From contig NC_045696.1 in the NCBI RefSeq assembly GCF_009834535.1, positions 110,176,001 through 110,240,000 on the forward strand: DNA of 64,000 nucleotides. The letters are read 5' to 3'. Positions 1 to 12,331 of the stretch are shown here, one piece after another. A program made the translations under genes and the position numbers. Position 1 is the first letter of the stretch. Each line of letters opens with the position of its first letter. The notes under the pieces are model-generated. The model was not told where the DNA came from, did no database searches, and saw only the letters and a list, made by a program, of their open reading frames with translations. Origin of the DNA: Camelus ferus (lineage: Eukaryota).

Positions 1-810
1 AGCCCTCCTCTCTGCTCTTAGGAATCCTCCCATTCATGAAGGTCCAATTTAAGACCTTCACGTTCTCCCTCCCTCTATCAACCTTGTAGCACATGCTGTC
101 TGTCCCAGAGCACCCTTCTCAGATGCTCTAGCATTGCTGGTTGTCTTGCTCTGGGCCTGTCTCTCCAACAAGACTACAGACACTTCAGGAGCAAGGACCA
201 TGGCCACCCTTGTACTGCCTCAGCTGTCTACCACAGGTCAAAATATTTGAGCCTTGATTGAGAAAGAATGCCCTAAAGTCAATTTCAACACTCTGGTAAC
301 AATCTGTTCCTCTTCACCAAACACTATGAAGATTATGATTATTTTTCTGCAGCTCTCTGAAAGTTCTCTAATGAGAGAGGGAAGACGTTCCTTTCTAATG
401 AAGGCATTATTTCTCAAAAGCACCAGCTAGTTAGACCTTGACTCTAATGACAGCTAGATCGGCTGTGACCTGACCTGCTACATGATGGCTGGGCAAAACA
501 AAATGGCAAACTCAAGGCTCTTCTCTGGCTGTTGCCACACATGGTAGATGGATGGCAACGCCCAGTGCTCAGGTGTCAAGAAAGAAAGACAGACATGCTC
601 CCTACTCTCAAGGTACCTACAGTCTTGTTAGAGAGACAAGGTGCAGAGCAAGCTAATCAGCAGTGCCAGGGTGTGCTCTGAGGTGGACAGTGTGAGCCTG
701 GCACAACCAGTCTTAATAACAGAAGTAAGCCTCCCTTACCTGGTTCCAAAAAGCAATACCAAGATTGTCATAATGTCATAGCTTCATGAAATTTTTTAAA
801 AGTCTAGCAT

Positions 811-901
811 AAGAAAAAAAAACAAAAAACAAACAAAAAAAGCAAACAGAAAGAAGACAAAACAGAAAAAAAAAAAAAAAAAGAACAGAGAGAAGAAAAA
901 A
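811..901. repeat. A-rich low-complexity tract
   Basis: About 90 nt with no T; reads as a T-rich tract on the minus strand. Confidence 0.9.
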
Positions 902-3199
902 GACATTCCCTTGGTTAAGGTGTGAGGGAACTCCTGGAGGCAGTGTTCAGAACTTGCCAAGAATTTCTAGCCAGCCCAGAGACCTGGAAAGTGGACAGCA
1001 GGTCACGGAGACACAAAGCAGAGCCACAGCCAAAGAGTGTAACGGGGAGGAGCCAGAGAAGAGGGAGGCCAGGGGAGCCCGGTATGTCGGCATTAGGATT
1101 GCAGCCAACCACCGGTCACCACCACTGACTGAAGGTCGAAAGAGCCAAGATCCTAAAGCTGCGTCTTCCTCCTCAGGGACTCCCAACATTATGAACTTCC
1201 TTTTTACAAGTGGGAGCTCAGGACTCCTGGGATGAGCACAAAGATTTCTAAACATCTGCATTTTTCCTAGTCATACTGTGATTTAAAAACTACAAAGCAG
1301 GCCACTCCTTCCATGGCCACAGGAGCAGGGTATGGAATTGTGCCGCTAACTCACATCAATGCCCGGGCCACACCGTCCTGGACAAAGAGCTCTCCGTTTT
1401 GCTAGCAAAGTCTTTGCTGGATTTGGGACAACTTAATTTAGCTAAATGCAGTGTCTTCTCTCATTGGCATGTCTGACCTCTGGCAGTGCAAGGTGATATA
1501 GAATCATCCACTCTATGGAAGCAAGGCTGTGTCCTGCTCTCCAGCACGTACGTCGTCCAGTGGAGGAAGACGAGGCCTGTTTCATGTGGGTGATGTTTCA
1601 AAGAATGCTCATCCATGACAGTTCATCAAACTGTATTTTATGTAGTTGTTGTAGTTGTCTTATATTTAGTTTAAAAAATTTACAGAAATGAGGCAGATAC
1701 ACAGCCCGCATGTGCAAATTTAATACAAGGCAGAAGGAATTCAACAACTGCTGAACCCTTGCTTTGCCTCAGGTCCTGTGCTTACACTGTGTAGAATTTG
1801 TCATTTAATCCTCACCTCCAAATTACAAGGCTGGTTTTGCCTCACTTCAACGATTGGTGCTGGAGGGAGGAAAACGCGAACATTACAGAAATTAAGCAAG
1901 GGGAGGGCTAAAGTGTGAGTCCAGGCACGCCGGCCCTGAAGTGCAAAAGCTGCTTTTGCCTCTAGCCGACGCTGGACAGGCCGGAGGGATGGCCCTCCGA
2001 GCAAAGACGGTCACCGAGGACAGCGGACGTCTGGGTATGCTATCTCTGTCACCACTCTCTGGGCGGGATCAGTATCTGAGAATGCTATTTCTTTTCTTGT
2101 GAAGTTTCCTTAGTAAGCAATTACCAGTGTATTCTTTCTCTTCTCTTCTCTTTTTTAAAAATGTGACTCAGCAAAGAGAAGAGTAAGTGGAAGAGTTGAA
2201 AGGGAGAAAAGATGAAATTAGTGAAAAATAGAAACTCTTGATTTAGAAAACTTATAAATTCCGTTTCCAGAATAAGACTCTAAAAATATTGCTCCTGAAG
2301 ATTTAAGTAGTTTTTTTTTGAAGTCACAAATGGCACAGTGATCTAACTAATGGCTTTCAAACTTTTTCAAGGAGTTCTAAAATCCATACACTCTAGACTA
2401 CTCCTTCTATTCTTCCACAGAATAAAAAACTGAAATAATTACCCCCCCCAAAAAAGAACTAGCAAGAATATACACCATGACATCTTATTGTGACATCCCA
2501 CTGTCACAGAAGGCAAGCAACAACTTAAAGATTAATAGGGTTATATCAAAAAGACACAGGAACCAGATTAAAGAGACTTCCAGTGGACAAATTTAGTTTA
2601 AAAAAAAAGACTATGATTGTAACATAGTGAATAGGTAAAAACCTATGAGTATATAGTAACATGCATTAAAAAATAAAAAGGAGAAGGGAAATCCTTATAA
2701 CTCAATCTATTGCCATTTCTTGTTGCCGCCTCTGATTTGAGAATCAGTGCTGTGCTGCAGTGGTCCTCTTACATTGCATTTTTACTTTTCCATTATAAAA
2801 GGAAAATAAAGTGAATAAGCACCACGGTGGGCAGTGCTTTTCATGGCACAGAAAGAAATTATCCTTCAGACACCTTTGAGGCTATAAGGTGGAGGAAATG
2901 GATAAAAGCAATGAAAACAATTTGCTTTATATTTACGGTTTCACAGAAGGAGGCAGGAGATTCTTCCCCCACGTTTACATTGGCTTTGTACTATGTCTTG
3001 AACAGCTCGTATTCTCTAACTGTTTGCAAAGCTCAATGATTTGCAGAGCTAAGATAAAAAAGTATACAAAGCAAGAAATATTCCTGGAAGGAGGAGATAG
3101 GAAGAGAAGAGTCAATACTAACAAAAGCTGAGAGGCAAAGAACTGGTCTTATGAGACCTCTTGAGGAGGGTCTGGCAGTGGAGACAGCTGCGTGGAAAT

Positions 3200-4170
3200 C
3201 TGAAACTCAGCAGGCCCGAGTCAGCGTCCCTGGACGAGAGTCTCAACCCTGCCACCCACTGGCTGTGTGTCCTGGAGAAGCTCCTTTCCCCTTGAGTTAT
3301 GGCTCTCTCAACAAAGGAGTCAGTCTCCATGACCTCCACTCCCACCCTATGACCCCATGAATGTCTGCGCTTCCCTCCCCTTGTGCTATGTATGCCCTTG
3401 GATGAGTTAACTCCCCTGTGCCTCAGGTTCCTCATTTGTAAAATGGAAATGGTAACAGTTCCTGCACCTCTCTCAGCTGCTATGAGAATTAATGAGATAA
3501 TATATGAAAAGGGCTTGGTTCATAGCAGCACTATTTACAATAGCCAAGAGATGGAAACAAACTAAATGTCTATGGACAGATGAATGGATAAAGAACTTGT
3601 GGTACATTTAAACAATGGAATACTACTTGGCCATAAAAAAGAATACACTAATGCAATTTGCAGCAACATGGATGGACCTGGAGATTGTCATTCTAAGTGA
3701 AGTAGCCAGAAGGAGAAAGATAAATATCATGTGATATTACTCATATGTGGAACCTAAAAACAAAAAAGAGAGAGAGAGAAAAATGAACTTCTTTACAAAA
3801 CAGAAACAGACTCACAGACGTAGAAAATAAACTTATGGCTAGCAGGTGGGAAGGGAGTAGGAAGGGATAAATTGGGAGTTTGAGATTTGCAGATACTAAC
3901 TAATATATATAAAATAGATAAATAAGTTCATACTGTATAGCACAGGGAACTACATTCAACATCTTGTAGTAACTTACGGTGAAAGAGAATATGAAAATGA
4001 ATACATGTATATTCATGTATGACTGAAGCATTATGCTGTACACCAGAAACTGACACAACATTGTAAACTGACTATAGTCCAAAAAAATATATATACAGAT
4101 AAAAAACTGCTTGGAACAGCGCCTGGCATAGAGTAAGCATGCCGAACATGTTAGCTATTGTTGTCATTAC
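3200..4170 (+). mobile_element. MIR SINE split by the L1 insertion
   Basis: MIR core CCTCAGGTTCCTCATTTGTAAAATGG at ~3421 and MIR 3' end GCCTGGCATAGAGTAAGC...TTAGCTATT at ~4121-4160. Confidence 0.8.
3519..4106 (+). mobile_element. Young L1 3' fragment inserted into a MIR
   Basis: L1 3' UTR with G-rich tract and A tail; GCTTGG repeated at 3513-3518 and 4109-4114; MIR sequence continues on both sides. Confidence 0.9.
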
Positions 4171-6289
4171 AGTAATTAAAAATTGCAAGTATTAGTTCTT
4201 TTGTTATCCATCCAAAATCTTCTTCAAAAGTTAATAATCTTTCAAAGGGCAGCTCTGATGCCTCATCATTCCAGCAGGAATTGCCCCTGCCTCCCTCCCT
4301 TCTTCTCCTATGACAGCTTCGGGATGTCTACAGCATTTCAGGATAAGTAACTTCACAGCAGCCTGCTCCAAACCATGATGTAAGGTCATTTTTTCTCTAG
4401 AGTAAGGAGAGAAGGGAGGAGTGGCTGGAATAGGCCTAACAGATTGATTTTTTTTTAATGAGAGTAATAGGAGCCTAACCAAAGGGAACACTGACACTGG
4501 GAGAAAAACTGACTAGAGAGAGTAGCGTTCTTGACTCAAGTAGGCAAGTCTGGTTATAAGATAAATGTTAAAGCTGGGTATATGCAGTTCATGATACTGT
4601 TCTCTTTGTTTTTATCAGTTGAAACTCCCTAATAATTTTTAATCTATGAAATTTTAAAAAATATAATGGTCAAAAATAAAATCATATCCTCCCTGATACT
4701 GGGGTATGCACTGCACAGATGACCGGGAACTTCTGGCTGAAGAGTAATCTCTTGGCTGCCTTTCCTCTGCTCTCTGTAACCATGTCAAGAGCTTCAGCGC
4801 TCCATCTCCAATAGCTTAAGAAATTTTATTTATTTACTAAGGTCTTAACTAAGAACGCAAAGGTAGCGTGAAGCTTTTAGAATTACTATATGTCTGTCCT
4901 CTTTTTACATTTCCTCAGGACTAGCCCCTGTGGAACGTGAGAAGGTAAAGCAAGGTGAGAAAAACACCATCATCTCTCAATTATTCAACTGTCTCCTCCC
5001 TTTGAAAGTCTCTTAGCAAGATGCCAAATATGATTTTTTTAAAAAAATTATATATTCCTTTATAACAAACCCAGAATATCATTGTCTTTGGAGTGCCCTC
5101 TGGGTTAGAAATACCTAAAAATAAAACACTACTTCAGGGACATGAAAAGAAATATAAATTGCCCAATGAATTCGACATCACAAGGAGAATTAAACAAAAC
5201 AAAGAACTACGGAATACACTTCTTTCAAAGATGTCCCTTTTTAGTCCACAGTTGTCTTAACTGGGCAGGTGTGGGACCAGTATTAAGCCAGAGGGTGAAG
5301 GTACATAACGTGTGAAGGTTGGATAAGGGGGGAAACACATAAAAAGGAGCAAAATAACTCACCTGAGGGCTTGTTCCAGTTAACAGTCCAGGTGGCACAC
5401 ATCGATGACCCGCTCATCCGTCTTAGTTGAGTCATTCAACAGACTCACCGAGCTCGGTCTGTGTGAGGCGCTGGGGGTGAGGGGATGAGGAGTGAGAGGC
5501 AGTATCTGGGCCCCTCACAGTGTGCTACGACAGGGCTCGTACAGGGTACAAAGGGGTCACACAGACACAGTCACGCTGGCTGAGGGGTGGAACAGGGCAT
5601 CAGAGGAGGGCTTCCCGAGAGGCAAAACAGCCTGGTGGTTCAGAGCGCAGCCTCAGGGCCAGGCTGCTTAGGTGTGAATCCCAGCATCACTGGTTCTGTG
5701 ACCTTGCTCGAGTTACTTAACCTGTGTCTCACTTTCACAATGTAAAACTGGTTTTTAAAAAAGTTACTATTCTAAAGGCACACTGAGCTTTAAATGAATA
5801 TTCTGCATAAATGTCTAGGAAAATATAAATTCTTGGTAAATAAATGACCATATAATATATTGTCCAAACTGAGATATTCTGAGTATGAGTGGGTAATGCT
5901 AATACGTACACTGGAACAGAAGGAATCAACTAGAATTAGCCAAGCAAACGGGACAACTGGTCACCCTAAAGACGTGTTCATGGATGTTATTTGTGAAGGA
6001 TGTTGGCCAAGCAAAGCAGCAGGGGAAGGATGTTATGGCAGAAGGACAATGTATGCAGGGAGAGGCAAGAGAAATTCAGGTTCGTCTGTCACCTGCTCCC
6101 AGGGGAAGGTCTTCCTCTCCTCCAGAGCACTCAGTGCGGTTGGGAGTCATGCCCCTGTCACTGTGAACATCTGCCTCGCACTTATTTCCCCCGTTAGACC
6201 GCAGGCTCCAGAGGAGCCTGGTTTTGCTCAGCGAGCTTGGTTAAGGGCACAAAGTGGGCACTCCTGTCTGCTGAACGGTGGTTGAAGGC

Positions 6290-6794
6290 ATGTGGCACGT
6301 CAGAGGCGACAATACAAAGCAGACTGCAGATGTCCTGAGGGGCGCTGCTCAGATTTATTTTCGAGGGAGAATCTGCCCCAAGGAGCACAGTTAGCTGATG
6401 GCTCTCAGCTGTCTTTAGGCTCTGCCTCAACTTTTAAGCTGAGGTTCTCTCTCCTCATGCAGTTCCAGCCAATGACTGAGTGAGGCTTACCATTCCTCAC
6501 CAGTGGGGACACCCTACAGGTAAATTTTTGCCCCAAAGCTTCTTGTTGGGTCAGACAAGACCTTGGAGTTGTACCTAAGTCTGAGGCTCATCCTACCCAA
6601 CTGTCCTTCCTTCCCCCTTTCTTTTCCAGGTCTCAGACCAGCATCGCAGTCTAAAGCTTTCCCTTCCTGCTCCTGCTCCCTCTCCCCATTATCTTTCACA
6701 GACATGTGTCCCTCCCCACCCTACCCTCATCCCCTGTAAATCCCTTGCTTTTGTAACTCTGTGTTGGTGTCTTCCTGGAGGAATCAACCAACAT
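6290..6794 (+). mobile_element. Solo ERVL LTR (LTR16-like)
   Basis: CAGCCAATGACTGAG, pyrimidine-rich body and 3' end TAAATCCCTTGC...TTGGTGTCTTCCTGGAGGAATCAACCAACA, typical of the LTR16 group. Confidence 0.6.
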
Positions 6795-9700
6795 GAGAGC
6801 AAAAAGATACAGTGCTGGAGTGTGAAACAGGAGTCAGAGCCCCCAGTACTATGCTAAGAAATTTGACTTTTATTCTGGAGGTGACAGAGAAGCACTGAGC
6901 TACAGGGAAGTGGTGACAGAGCTACAGTCCCCAACACCAGGGTAGAGAATGGCTTGAAAGGACAGAACAGTTACCTTCCAGTGAAACATCCACATGAGAC
7001 GTGATGGGGGTGCGGATGAAGGCATTCAGTGACAAAGGCTAACCTCACATGCCAACCTTGTGTCTTAGAATTGTGCAGGGAAGCAGAATCACTGCCATCT
7101 TACAGCTGAGGAAACCGGCACAGGCGAGGAGAGCAGCTTACCCAAGTCATCCATCTGGTCAACTTTAAACTCCATGCTTCTTTCATCAGACCACTTTGCC
7201 TCCCGGATAGAGGAAAAGCTTTAAGGAGCTTTTTAAAGAGGAAGATGTTGAGTTCTGTTTTGTGTACTATGAAATCCCATTTAAAGTCTGCCTGGATTTA
7301 ATAAAACTTACATTCCCATAATCATTAAAACCTAGTATTTTTTTTTTTTTTACAAAAGCTGAGAAAATATCTAAACATGACGCACAGGGATGGCAGTACT
7401 TCTCGATGACAATATTGAACTACACTGGCTGTCCTCTAAATAAACTTCTTTTCAATCAGCATACAGCACTGAGTGCCTACTAGTTCTAGCTTCTGAGTAT
7501 AAAAAATCAATATATGGAATCTGTCCTTAAGGACCTTAAAATGCAATGGAAGAAGTAGACACATGTGAATAACCAGATACGTGGTCATAAGAGATATGAA
7601 CAAATTGCTATGGAAAGATATAAAAGACCACTGATTTTGATTAAAATGCTCAGGGAAGGATCACAGGGCAGAAAGTCCACTGGGCCTTGAGGAAGGTGAA
7701 GCATTACATGAAGCCTTTCTTCCTTGAAGTCACTGTCAAGTACCAAAGGTGACCCTCAAATGCCCTTGGGGGCATTTGCCTAGAGAAGGTAAGGCAAAGA
7801 TGCAAATGAGTTGCTTAGTTTCAGTATCACAATTGCCATTAATCAACTCTTTAGAAGCCCCTGGAAATTAATCACAAATCAAAGAATCTGAAATTCATCA
7901 TCCTTTTGCCTTCAGATGCTTATTCCTACTTACTCAATACACAACAGTGAGTGTATGAATGGGGTGGGCAGCAGACAGTGGACACTGTGCCACCAGGTCT
8001 CAGGAACATGGTTGAGCCGTCTCCAATCTGGGTTTCCTTCTGGGCCTTTTTCTTTTGTTTAAAAAAAAAAAAAAGCCAGGACTGCTCACTGGAGCACACA
8101 GAGATGTATTTTATCAACCATCTCCCTTGGATAACCATCTCCCGTGGACAAAATGACAACAGGTAGAGTATGTAGAAAGAGTCCACTTCTCCTGGTTATT
8201 CACCTTCACAGCCTTGGCGTGCAACAAGAAAATAATCCGGTCTCACATCCCATGCACTGAGGTGAGGCTTCTGGTCTTGCAGAGAAGCATCTCAACCGGC
8301 ACTCCGAGGCCACTCTATGCCTCTGGTGAGGCCCTTCCTTGAAGACGAGGTACACCAAACACCTCCATCCCAGCAGATGTGCAAGATGCTAACTGTGGAC
8401 AAGTATTCTTCTCCCCTTTCAAGCCTGTCCCATCTGCCACTTACTTCAGAAGGATGCCTTGCTGGGGCCCTTCTCATCTGAGAGGGACTAGCAGCCCTTC
8501 TGATCCACTGTTCTTTCCCTGCACCTCCAACAATCCCCAAAGAATCATTGGGAGGATTTGGACAACTACGCTTTTGAAGAGAACACTCTTTGGACCAAGT
8601 CCCAGATAAACGCAGTATGCAGTACATATTTTGTCTCAACTGACCAGGCTTAAAGGCCCCTTCTTTACACAGAGGAAACAAATCTGAGGGAAAATACGTG
8701 ATCTGGTAAAATGCAGCTACCAAAGATCTCTTTCCTTTTTTATGTCACAGCTCTTTCTGTGTCATTTTTCTAGGATCTAATTACATATCACTGGTACTGC
8801 TTATTGTCTTTGACTGTTGTATAACTATAATATTTTCTGACTATTTTTCACATTTGTCTTCTCTTCCTAATTTAACTGAAGGGTTCTGAAAAGTGAGAAC
8901 CACGTCTTAAGCATCTTACCCCTCTCATAGTTCTGAGCAGAGAGCTAGACACAAAATCAGATTTCAACATCTATTTGTTGGATAAATGAATGCCTTTTAG
9001 GGTCTTTAAAAACTATCAGTTCTGAATCAGAAAAAAATAGACAATCTGAAAAGAATGATCACAAGTAGTGAAACTGAATTTGTATTAAAAAAACAAAAAC
9101 AAAAAACTCCCAGCAAACAAAAGGCCAGGACCAGATGGCTTCACACAGGGGAATTATACCTATCCTTCTCAAATTATTCCAAAAATTTAAAGACAACGGA
9201 ATAATCCCAAAATCATTGTATGAGGGAATCTCAGATACATTGTATGAGACATTTGGTATATGTCTATACAAAGCCAGACAAAGATACTACAAAAAAAATA
9301 AAATTACAGGCCAATATCTCTGATGAATATAGATGTAAAAATCCTCAACAAAATATTAGCAAACCAAATCCAACAATATACAAAAAAGATCATACAACAT
9401 GATTAAGAGGGACTTATTCCAGGTATGCAAAGATGGTTCAACATTCACAAATCAATCAATGTGATACACCACATTAACAAATGGAAAGATAAAAATCACA
9501 TGATTACGTCAGTAGACACAGAAAAAGCATCTAATAGAATTCACCCATTTATGATAAAAATCCTCATCAAAGTTGGTATACAGGAAACATATCTCAACAT
9601 AATTAAGGCCATTTATGACAAACCCACAACTAACATCATACTCCATCGTGAAAAGCTGAAAGCTTTGCCTCTAATATCAGAAACAAGACAAGGATGCCCA

Positions 9701-10374
9701 CTCTTGCCACTTCTACTTAACATAGTATTGAAAGTCCTAGTCACAGGAATAATACAAGAAAAAGAAATAAAAGGCATCCAAATTGGAAGGGGAAAAGTAA
9801 AACTGTCACTATCTGCAGATGACATGATAACTATATATAGAAAACTAAAATCCCCACCAAAAAACTATCAGAACTAATAAATGAATTCAGTAATGCTGGG
9901 GATACAAGATTAACACACAGAAATCTATTGCTCTCCAAATACAAATAATGAACAAAAGAGAAATTAAGGAAACAATCTCATTTACAATCACATCAAAAAG
10001 AATAAAACACCAAGGAAGAATAAACTTAACCAAGGAGGTGAAAGACCTACACTCTGAAAACTATAAAATACTGATGGAGAAATTTGAAAATAATGCAAAG
10101 AAATGGAAAGATATCCTGTGTTCTTGGACTCAAAGCACTAATATTGTTAAAATGACCATACTACCCAAAGCAATCCACAGATTTAATGCAACCCCTATCA
10201 AAACAACCATGACATTTTTCACAGAACTATAACAAATAATCCTAAAATTTATATGGAACAAAAGACCCTGAATTGCCAAAGCAACTCTGAGGAAGAAAAA
10301 AAAAAAAGCTGGAGATATCATGCTCCCTGACCTCAGCCTATACTACAAAGCTACAGTAATCAAAACAGCATGGT

Positions 10375-11329
10375 ACCACCTCACACCAGTGAGGATGGCC
10401 ATCATTAAAAACTCCACAAATGATAAATGCTGGAGAGGGTGTGGAGAAAAGGGAACCCTCCTACACTGTTGGTGTGAATGTAGTTTAGTGCAGCCACTAT
10501 GGAAAACATATGGAGATTCCTTAAAAAACTAAAAATGGAGTTACCATATGATCCAGAAATCCCATTCCTGGGCATATATCTGGAGGAAACTCTAATTTGA
10601 AAAGATACATGTACCTCAATGTTTATAGCAGCACTATTTACAATAGGCAAAACATGGAAGCAACCTAAATGTCCATCGACAGATGATTGGATAAAGAAGA
10701 TGTGATACATATATACACATATACATGTATATGTATATGTGTATGTATATACACATACATATACATACACACACATACATACACATGCCTATATATATAT
10801 ATATATATACACACACATACACACAATGGAATACTACTCAGCCATAAAAAATAATAAAATAATGCCATTTGCAGGAACATAGATGGACCTGGAAATTGTC
10901 ATACTAAGTGAAGTAAGCCAGAAAGAGAAAGAAAAATATCATATGATATCACTTATATGTGGAATCTAACAAAAAAGAAAAGTGAACTTCTTTATAAGAC
11001 AGAAACAGACTCACTGACGTAGAAAACAAACCTATGGTTACCAGGGGGGAAGGAGGGTGGAGGGGGAAGGGGGACTGGAGGGATTAAACAGGGTGTTTTA
11101 GGATTTGCAGATACTAAGTACTATATATAAAATAAACAACAAGGTCCTACTATTTAGCATGGAGAATTATATTCAACATCTTGTAATAGCCTATAACAAA
11201 AAAATATGAAAAGAATATATGCCTAACTGTATCATTATGCTGCATACCAGAAATAGACACAACATTGTAAATTAACTATACTTCAAAAAGAATTTTTTTT
11301 TTTTACTTTAAAATAATTTTTTAAAAAGT
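10375..11329 (+). mobile_element. Younger L1 3' end nested in the preceding L1
   Basis: ORF2 C-terminus, 3' UTR and A/T-rich tail; duplicated host sequence AGCATGGT at 10367-10374 and 11330-11337. Confidence 0.88.
10706..10825. repeat. Compound (TA/CA/TG)n microsatellite inside an L1
   Basis: About 120 bp of almost uninterrupted purine-pyrimidine alternation. Confidence 0.92.
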
Positions 11330-12287
11330 AGCATGGTCCTGGCACAGAAACAGACATAAGGATTGATGGAACAGGCTAGAGAGCCTTGAAATAAACCCAT
11401 GCACTTATGGTCAATTAATTTATGGACAAAAGAGGGAAGAATACACAATGGAGAAAAGACACTCTCTTCAATAAGTGGTGCTGGGAAAACTGGAGAGCTA
11501 CATGTAAAAGAACGAGACTAGAACATTTCCTCATACCATATACAGAAATAAACTCAAAATGGGTTAGAGACCTAAATGAAAGACTTGAAACCATAAAACT
11601 CCTGGAAGAGAACATAGGCAAAACATTCTTTGACATAAATTGTAGCAATATTTTTTGGATCTGTCTCTTAAGACAAAAGAAATAAAAGCAAAAATAAACA
11701 AGTGGGGCCTAATTAAACTTAAAAATCTCTTGCACAGCAAAGGAAACCATCAACAAAATGAAAAGACGACCTACTGAATGGGAAAAAATACTTGTGAATA
11801 TAACCAATAAGGGGTTAATATCAAAAATATGTAAGTGGCTCATATAACTCAATATCAAACAAAAAACAAAAAACCAACCCAATCAAAAATGAGCAGAATA
11901 CCTGAACAGACATTTCTTTTTTCCAAAGAAGATACACAGATGGCTAACAGGCACATGGAAATATGCTCAACATTGCTAATCATCAGAGAAATGCAAATCA
12001 AAATCACAATGAGATATCACCTAAGTCTACAAATAACAAATCTTGGTGAGGATATGAAGAAAAAGAAAGCCTCGTACAGTGTTGGTGGGATTGTAAATTG
12101 GTGCAGCCACTATGGAAAGCAGTATGACGATTCCTCAAGAAACTAAAAATAGAACTACCATATAACCTGGCAATTCCATTGCTGGGTATATAGTCAAAAA
12201 AAAATGAAAACAGTAATTCGAAAAGATATGTGTATCCCAATGCTCACAACAGCACTATTTACAACAGCCAAGCTATAGAAGTAACCT

Positions 12288-12290
<3 letters not shown>

Positions 12291-12329
<39 letters not shown>
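12291..12329. repeat. (CA)n microsatellite inside an L1 3' region
   Basis: Perfect AC run of about 19 units. Confidence 0.95.

Positions 12330-12331
<2 letters not shown>

Noticed and set aside
9425..9877. Reverse-transcriptase-like ORF as an active RT or novel RT system
   Set aside because: Frameshifted L1 ORF2 remnant with a degenerate catalytic motif context (SADD).
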